A DNA stretch of 37,626 bases from a virus. Its lineage: Duplodnaviria; Caudoviricetes. A program made the position numbers and the translations under genes. Shown here one piece after another: positions 35,601 through 37,626 of this stretch. The stretch is taken from IMG/VR virus record IMGVR_UViG_3300012953_004257, positions 1-37,626 of that record. One strand, given 5' to 3'. Position 1 is the stretch's first letter; each line of letters begins with the position of its first letter. A model generated the notes under the pieces. It had not been told where the DNA came from. It saw only the letters and a list, made by a program, of their open reading frames with translations, and made no database searches.

Positions 35601-37625
35601 AGAAACACGAGCAGAAACACCAGAACCATCAGTATCAGTGTTATCGAATATTAATCTATCATTAACCTGATAACTTGTTCCTGAGTTTTCAATCGTAAAT
35701 CCTGTTACTGATGCATCTTCAAATTTAGTAATCGTTTCAACTTCAATATCAACTTTAGAATCAAGTTTTACTTTAGGGAAGTAATCAAAAAGTTGTAATG
35801 GAGATTCTTCAAAAACCTGATCTGGATCAGCAGTTTCATCTGCATCAATAATACCACTTCTATCTTCATCTTCTATATCAAATAGTAGTATATCACCATT
35901 CTCCAGTGTTAGAGCGTTTGTAGAGGCATTTGGTGCCCTCTCAACGTCAATATCAACATTCTCATAAGGATCACGATATCTAACAACACCAGTAGGAATA
36001 TTTTGCTGAACAGCATCAGCACTTAAGTTCCAAGTATCTACAACAGAGTTAAAACTAGGACCCATAATATATGGGAATAATGGATTACCATCTTCAGTAG
36101 AATCAATAGTTACAAAGTAACAATATCTACCCTGAGGATAATCAGGTGTTTTACAGAAACGTCCGTTATATTGATCAAGATCACCTAAACCAAAAACATA
36201 CTCATAATCTTCTACAAATTTACCTGCAGATTCTTCACTAAGAAGAGGACCAGCAGTTCTTACAGGAGTTGGATTTGTTTGAGTATTTAATACAAGATTT
36301 AACTTAAGACGATATGATGTGTTTAATTTATTAACTGCAGAGTTTTGATCAGTAGGATCAGAATAACCGTAAGGACCATAAATTGGGTTACCATCAAATG
36401 CCCAACCTATAATAGGTGAGTGTGCAAGTTGAGTTTCTTGTTCTTTAATTGCTCCCGCAGTATTTTCAAATAAATTATCACCAAGAATATACCTTAATCT
36501 TTGTGGGTTAGATATGTGTGCATATTCACCACCATACTGGTTATTATACCCTGTAAATACTCCACCCTTCGCAGAGTCTAAAGTAGATGTTTCTTGTAAG
36601 TTATAAGTCCATTGGAATACATTTGCTGTAAATGTTGCACTAGAACCAACAGAGTTTAAATTAATTAATGTCGTACCTTGAATATATCCAATACCTCTGT
36701 TAACAATAGTGATACTAGTAACTCTTCCTGCATTTTCACCATCAACATCGATAGTAGCACGAGCAACAGCACCAAAACCTTCTCCCTGAATATCAATCGT
36801 AGGAGCAGTTGTATATCCTGAACCTGCAGAGATAATAGCAATAGAAATGATACGACCATTCTGAACAATTGCTTGAGCAACAGCACCACTACCAGAACTT
36901 AGTGTGACAGTAGGATTTGAAGTATAAGATGCACCACCAGAAGAAACAGATACAGATTGAATAGGACCACGAACAGATGCAGTTCCAGTAGCACCAGTTC
37001 CTCCACCACCAACAATAGTAATAGTGGGTTGAGATGTATATCCTGTTCCACCATCATTAATTAAAACTCTAGATACAACACCCTTTGTGATAATAGCAGT
37101 TGCTGCAGCACCAGATCCGCCACCACCTGCAATAGAAACAAGAGGAGACGAAGTATATCCAGATCCACTTGCAGTTACAGTAATTTCACTAACAGATCCA
37201 TTAACAGTTACAGTAGATGTGGCACCTGTTCCACCTCCACCAGTAATTGTGATATTTGGAGGAGAAGCAGCATCATAACCTGAACCTGCATTAGAAATAG
37301 TAATACCAGTAACAGCACCAAATGTTTTCTTGATTGTTGACTTATAAGACCATATAGAAACACCGTTTACCCATGTACCGATAGGACCAGATACAATATC
37401 ATTTTTTGTGGAAATTGTAGTTGATACTAGTGGGAAACGATTTAATTTACGTTGGTTGCCAGGTAGAAGTGCTGAACCAGGAAAAGGACCTATGTTGTAG
37501 TTGGGTATACCTGTTGAGGCAACATAAACATAATTATCATTAAAGAAAGAGTTTTGTATATTAGTTGTGTAAGGACCAATCGCATTTAAAACAGGTGTGT
37601 CTGTAGATTTACCTTTATTAAGGTC
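20664..37625 (-). CDS. gp7: Giant gp7-like baseplate wedge initiator / multidomain structural protein; partial, 5' end beyond the right window edge (>=5653 aa)
   Basis: The ORF-track frame (20664..36065) continues without a stop to the window end in my manual translation (DLNKGKSTDTPVLNAIGPY…PLFPYI-MGPSF). It contains KIQDSYYYQDFSYAIKSAVSIGEWKDILIKNVHPASFKVFGE (~29975-30105), a motif typical of cyanophage gp7-annotated proteins. It also has YHYH-like, beta-propeller-like, two LamG-like, helical-repeat and jelly-roll segments. It lies upstream of gp8. Confidence 0.8.
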   Translation of the reverse strand, partial: DLNKGKSTDTPVLNAIGPYTTNIQNSFFNDNYVYVASTGIPNYNIGPFPGSALLPGNQRKLNRFPLVSTTISTKNDIVSGPIGTWVNGVSIWSYKSTIKKTFGAVTGITISNAGSGYDAASPPNITITGGGGTGATSTVTVNGSVSEITVTASGSGYTSSPLVSIAGGGGSGAAATAIITKGVVSRVLINDGGTGYTSQPTITIVGGGGTGATGTASVRGPIQSVSVSSGGASYTSNPTVTLSSGSGAVAQAIVQNGRIISIAIISAGSGYTTAPTIDIQGEGFGAVARATIDVDGENAGRVTSITIVNRGIGYIQGTTLINLNSVGSSATFTANVFQWTYNLQETSTLDSAKGGVFTGYNNQYGGEYAHISNPQRLRYILGDNLFENTAGAIKEQETQLAHSPIIGWAFDGNPIYGPYGYSDPTDQNSAVNKLNTSYRLKLNLVLNTQTNPTPVRTAGPLLSEESAGKFVEDYEYVFGLGDLDQYNGRFCKTPDYPQGRYCYFVTIDSTEDGNPLFPYIMGPSFNSVVDTWNLSADAVQQNIPTGVVRYRDPYENVDIDVERAPNASTNALTLENGDILLFDIEDEDRSGIIDADETADPDQVFEESPLQLFDYFPKVKLDSKVDIEVETITKFEDASVTGFTIENSGTSYQVNDRLIFDNTDTDGSGVSARVSRIKGESILTYGFENTSGVNYGLLKTTNPHNLIAGDTVFVDYTPVMDNTNKSYVVRQYKGIEEIQIDQTGSGYNTDIPPSIIIDGNGTDGELQAVVTSVGSIDTVNIINSGSGYTSNPRVILSHPQVFKKADYYVSVIENENYVSVNDVFVNDNKEAYICGKTHDTANNLVAFVAKLSATGVKEWEATLELSGGLDDAEFLKIYVDNKNIWIAGRNYPNSSILNAYNPDVILVKYVEAENGLSATLNFQKAYAGISGSTRADEITALTKYSDTRFVIGGYTNTNSANPYDAFIALVDTTGTFAIKRKLTSASSSEKITDIVVNGTDVYFSMEIASSTSATAVDVGFGKATVGTSVITIPYIKQISSTIYSFLNTSLAMDEFNEAYITATTRLKSDNTTTTGFWVGKFNTTGDIIYNKRYAVADGSITAASKCVIDIFGDLNVAISKVATTDSVRTAECIKIGYDGVIKNHTTQQFNLNNIEGITVNSLAVDNSGDIHLYGQTSWNRNEFIFPFTSGSNADTTGHYTLTSTSTNNSITYADNVAKIYGYNPAGSNATWVNSHLKITSAQLGTKLNENWTIEFGLYKEASSSQTLSQTQHTLVSIGDAEGTTGGLWLYYDVSSGKLELVVTNNTTKINAAGSALQSTLTTMFADNTWQYIGLKKEGNQFTAYVNGLQAFTGSVANTALNGKDLLFGQITGRDTTAGSFRKNEQGQYFIDHLRLRNRAITPSVPSDVTAFPTTGAFAFAYTWTDSAWFTTNLAKYDYIDYEGWGLKIDKPADAARIGTQTVQTNTQVGFIRTSVTPVTGVSLTVTSTGFALGDAGFQNLDFDDSTTSMSAGTESLTYKQDIWSSRTATVPSPGSRKLKVTAIIRDRYYFKTTTTSKIDNIQALTINQAFNFTVGTKLRLNNNSGTFVNSGYIISKDTATNKIYLSVNNNSWSDDLNTGQLVTEQFSEQSTYGIVGPIPADVNEIQGYNFANVVNTTPGTFDLNLDHFDLDGTRADIPATLSGVTAAGTGYANTGDNVATTTTGSGTGLTVDFVASGGNVSSVSIDTPGSGYKIGDTITITGGGANATFTIATCTGNLDTFAKFKPHSDIDYSIRIDKISSSGSTFIVGSVVTITSSDISFNAAYSTAQITNLTAVEEITVIANLTKILQVTAVTNSDQVYVITGTNHYLSVGDMLYIDGNPTQTIGSTTYDEYDGAFAVDQIVSAREFVYKLPTAALTAPATTPANVSVYVKSPVLKMYYGHQYLFDVSHSSMAGGNLSFSKDNLNKLEYSFNSIERVGIPGVTGAGNPNPTVKFKIDTGIVTNISYYFDPSRTGADSPVDSGSYLDVTNSPYTGTFVVESIQGATITRGADIIKFPLINEPEAAADINQASYMTSSIKAVGSIGAIRIVNPGGFYTRLPVVTGIQSTRQIERVAINTPGTEYAVGTYTGVPIGGDGEGGFVEIIVADGTDDAGVTIPGQINKVNVTSPGKNYTTATIDIESISGILGSGLTGSGAELVVVIPATGTGASIFTQGDKVGKIKKLKNNNFGYDYPHDYTLRPEITFPINAQLTSTSILDSITVTDPGSGYSQAPAVVITGGGGTGAVAEATIKNGRLDQIIVKDPGAGYSSTPTVALRSSFNYVVNLDLGLLQFAFPHGIANGSQVTLNVVDTGDGAEYPLAAGATGRLSGTTTYFAITGSANSLETDQLKLAITAANATLGDAISYVNAGSGRQQLLTESFGGGATANVITSTFLEGELVYQGDTLETATAQGYVSTNNGWQIGPRVLKIVDYTGDFISGQRVTGVISKSSGTISDLNIAKGVLEIGSLTKTTGQFIDDVGKPSEIIEKIQDSYYYQDFSYAIKSAVSIGEWKDILIKNVHPASFKVFGELNLSDYGFVPNKETDFQLTKSVELARDAIVPNIQSFALVEPVYSEFNNTEILFRQKRLTSSENILTSVVQRIDDISTLFDGERIAFPLTVNGSTLVANANQLMIVLNGVVQNPGSSFNLQGDSIVFNEPPQPPASIKYVNVTIQQISTVKVSFDNISGIFPTAGMEMVGTASANRLTVTSVVGNDVFGFFTTGTTFTPSELATVGATGFASTVAASNGVTAVSNIGLFTFGETVTDFQGDVAKVESINLQKGQETPLAQLRYTIGPSTTSFEAVAYKTDNTVADAVVPAGTFTTGQNYQFGSEIFLLNTITQGSESTTLGVTRAQSGTTAVSQQEDIPLYGTQISVNNSLTLSKTTGTYQSKPGLYDIQLNEVIIGAQSGVVARITATSTYQDPVTQEFISQVNISEGSSFFGLLFNRITSQTYPNVVLDDIAASQIRIVDFTDNLTDYNTKFPANEEINNYVIPYDTASGDLSNETIRNYKLEYGNNDGEFAAGEGAVVRRLTYRDTVGTGLFVPGQIIRTRDTKAEVIGANQARKTVYVGKIGRSLRNGGDYHTFTFTNAYLNATNQKFGDACLGLSPGNEAHTFVSGVTDGITAGGGATGSFTAATGTTYDGLTGNLVIEIGNHSLTTSNTVLIADNSIGFTCAQDGNTSTKTYPRSTDPASGSNRSITAVTSTTITVNVGIVPLDESFAVAASDEFGFGTAAFTVECWIRPITVSAGTRSIFDFRTTATELSPYLYLDAANLEFYVNGAIVIQGTATIVANQWTHVAISKSGSVTKMFVNGVQDGSSYSDSNNYGTNKPIRIGDDTAGNNHFIGYIDEFRVSTTARYTAAFTAPTGIFQGDSNTKLLIHFDGVEGQQHTDDWSGGESFTKDEYFNNDAILETSRKTGAPAGFAGKSHRYYNAADNIEGNIDFIKKEVVYQMRQRYPELVILGTRFTPTGATYDAVTGLLSMTVTGNTFTNGGQFTPQSAAYNPSTGILTITKIGHGVTNGKRINIKVGGITFTCAEDSNATNHPYPRSTDPVAGQWLTVSNATANTFTIDVGTSSNTTSHTFVSALTNAITVEKDRIKIKDNALTFTCAMDSNTANKTYPRSTDPASKDVALPIVSSSTTNLTVNVGPSPLVNFQPTNATYDPATGAFVMTIANHTINVGTQIRLTANSFTFTCTQDSNSAQKTYPRATAGDGSPDPAYNTALDVTAVGTTTQDISSAAYIPTTGILTVNTSGNHGLSTGNRIQIADNSLTFTCAYDSNATNHTYPRQTDPIRGEWVAVTVVDADTFTIDIGTSSDTSTHAFVSATSGALIKQSGTVTINVGVSAQADQYAHTFVSAAANAVVTGGNYLHTFVSAVTGGVIADEGINCEDDIRDTLNAIIQDLRNGSNNHIWDAASYYVDRTVNPVAIAQIEPAVKETLFAYEKVDDMLQYVITNALWPIQGDHGLTQFTDTSITDSSYTTLNQFTPTNATYNSATGEMVLTIGTHSMTTSSIVNIAIGGITFTCDKDGNDRPTAYPRKTDPAAKAVLAVTAVVANTSITVNVGKSGAQDQYTHTFVSAVTNSVTELNYTTGDCADVYSTVGNLINIITDTITNASAATPVDHLASVTKVEPQYEFVGGTVDAYIETSLSVDYHDAGTDVSYTNQIGPDTQYRFRDAANLIRLNRTPIVDKAAYDMLQRYPELAQDMPRNQSGASTDGTIRCKTDLGLFLDAIANDIQEGGNIDTISGVGFYINSNGGLRYIRLQVFQSVYAHERLAYYAKQAILGTLDDTNTNSIVVGNWGVTGAGVSNYFDTVTAAVDTLITTINDVIAPTGADFATGADRAYFNKKFIKEEVNGLVLQYLGYVLNGVNYNAGSYNDELDVEDLIVALISDLQAGGTDSAIQEASTYLTAVLNIQTIDNVLPAALYAIEQVGILGEYAIENGLYTNGDSAGSTQYAAQYTDETAYRDSVSTTAINDVVYAWRDLIEVVKEIFSPGGKEARSAAKQIEFNENYYTNELQSLVNAQFGSGAWTDAQEDFVEGVVSDIVHDIITTNTYDKSTAYTITLSASSGTFAVGEIVTSSGGGEATVLEWDADAKILYVGAFGSTAWVATNTLTAPSGATGTIASSGVSSSYNWYNNPTNVKILSRARTLTSNIEGLVSTTNLFPDPENLNATGWTASETTTTLNVAAAPDESTTADKLIPSTNNTEHEKYKNFTLSSFETFDSDTVKFDSGTETFDTGSAGDAATQTYTYSIFVKAGGYDKTRIYLALDDGLATRQRAFFDLDLSNGTKGSIFTPDVSINVDAFGVIPHGNGWYRAYITTTFGFGFSEFRTKVYVRSSSGALVHAGNGTDGILVWGHKLNKGALDPYTAASGQLFYSNTDYNIKTFALNNLEDFMGKALDNTLTSPSTLASFYKFYDSTLASDYNKSTIQRFIRYHLNIIRNQLAQSTYYTTVTSSNAITVPAIKYGNPEVPIGISGGVSAADYFYGLLSDASAEVETLTENTGQVVQVYQRFRIDGSITDGPYTMGETVAKQGAGGVTGVVYGFYEDTNYKYLDVRVTAGTWAITDNVVGASNSTTAQISAIESRVHIIDLQGEFVNNIPFKGYTSGNTAQPTAFYQNKAAVTDNTGGTLTVDTASLNGTFETTAVVYPQTSRKFIDVKKHAGLDIKVGDLIASTGNTRFGISVISGLNVFTEGNRLYKVVGGVQQTSVYAIIAEVDISNNFLYVIPVQGTITNGDIVGDYGTGTAFPVGYATVTTSVVTAGAGAARVQDIEDVVLNKRLYLSGVVGSFTDNDGIKGPDSYAAAILNVEDVKARVKRSFRGFDGVQTQFKLTQNNGTQYLPDPAGHMLIFINGILQPPGATNAYTAFSDTIQFTEAPDLGASFTGFYVGKLRQLDDISFEFDSLSQSFNLKRNDVFYSLTLTEGVQSSTIRPENNIIVSLNGVIQEPGIGFEIVGSRIIFTEVPRFGSTFVAFSYVGSEADVDAAEVVPPVEPGDFIDIQGETSDREVAVIESSNSLITFDYLGSVFGQNAVGTAALTSGFINNVQVTGGGSGYTSRPTVRVDSISGFDGNIRALVGVAGVELSATGSGYQNPTVTVESSVPDDWTAPDLSLYGEEVIDPEIL
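25295..28220 (-). repeat. Six copies of a ~95-aa module (A-x-Y-x-x-x-TG…H…FTC-x-x-D-x-N…YPR-x-TDP…T-I/V-N/D-VG…HTFVSA) in the giant protein
   Basis: FTC…YPR cores: FTCAQDGNTSTKTYPR, FTCAEDSNATNHPYPR, FTCAMDSNTANKTYPR, FTCTQDSNSAQKTYPR, FTCAYDSNATNHTYPR, FTCDKDGNDRPTAYPR. Six H(T/A)FVS strands. Confidence 0.92.
27400..28290 (-). other. LamG/concanavalin-A-like lectin domain within the giant protein (interrupted by an inserted module)
   Basis: QKFGDACLGL…FGFGTAAFTVECWIRP…NQWTHVAISKSGSVTKMFVNGVQ…FIGYIDEFRVSTTARYTAAFTAPT…TKLLIHFDG follows the Laminin_G_3 pattern common in phage virion proteins. Confidence 0.8.
33430..33900 (-). other. Second LamG-like domain within the giant protein
   Basis: NWTIEFGLY…TWQYIGLKKEGNQFTAYVNG…YFIDHLRLRN. 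Confidence 0.65.
34090..35190 (-). other. Probable beta-propeller within the giant protein
   Basis: Roughly 55-60-aa periodic blades: DVFVNDNKEAYICG…AFVAKLSATG, IYVDNKNIWIAG…DVILVKY, RFVIGGYT…DAFIALVDTTG, FWVGKFNTTG, LAVDNSGDIHLYG. Confidence 0.6.
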
Positions 37626-37626
37626 A

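Noticed and set aside
36063-36065. ATG at 36065 as the start of the giant gene
   Set aside because: The frame is open upstream to the window edge, and this Met falls at the end of the YHYH-type domain (…FPYI-M-GP).
1814-36889. Short minus-strand alternative-frame ORFs (e.g. 1814..2002, 21362..21682, 27320..27685, 33191..33526)
   Set aside because: Leu/Gln/Val/Met-rich shifted-frame shadows of genes with A/T-ending codons, fully nested in real CDSs.
22-37278. All plus-strand ORFs in the track (e.g. 22..321, 7522..7827, 22185..22577, 34594..34956)
   Set aside because: They lie antisense to long minus-strand genes and are V/P/S/T-rich mirror translations caused by codon bias. They show no recognisable motifs or independent expression signals.
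1-37626. tRNA, rRNA or other ncRNA genes
   Set aside because: The window is almost fully coding, the intergenic gaps are at most 77 nt, and I saw no cloverleaf-like sequence.

Overview
AT-rich window from the virion-structural (baseplate/fibre) region of a T4-like marine myophage, most consistent with a cyanophage of the Kyanoviridae type (inferred from gene content and order, not from a database search). All credible genes are on the minus strand. In transcription order they are: a giant gp7-like baseplate wedge protein (>5,650 aa, 5' end outside the window; the ORF-track start at 36065 is an internal Met), a 411-aa fibre with a gp9/gp10-like N-terminus and a cupredoxin-like C-terminus, a 1382-aa YHYH-type structural protein, baseplate wedge gp8, a 2485-aa VrlC/DUF4815 protein, two small coiled-coil proteins, and a >1,900-aa Mtd_N-headed tail fibre that runs off the left edge and is missing from the ORF track. 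Three T4-late-type promoters (NATAAATA) and one intrinsic terminator are visible. The most striking observations are (i) a ~95-aa Cys/His beta-module in the giant protein that is inserted into itself in Russian-doll fashion and also occurs circularly permuted inside a LamG domain, (ii) intact type-1-copper-like H...C-x2-H-x2-M motifs in two adjacent structural proteins, and (iii) YHYH domains split by inserted modules. All domain calls come from motif recognition by eye and need HMM or structure confirmation.
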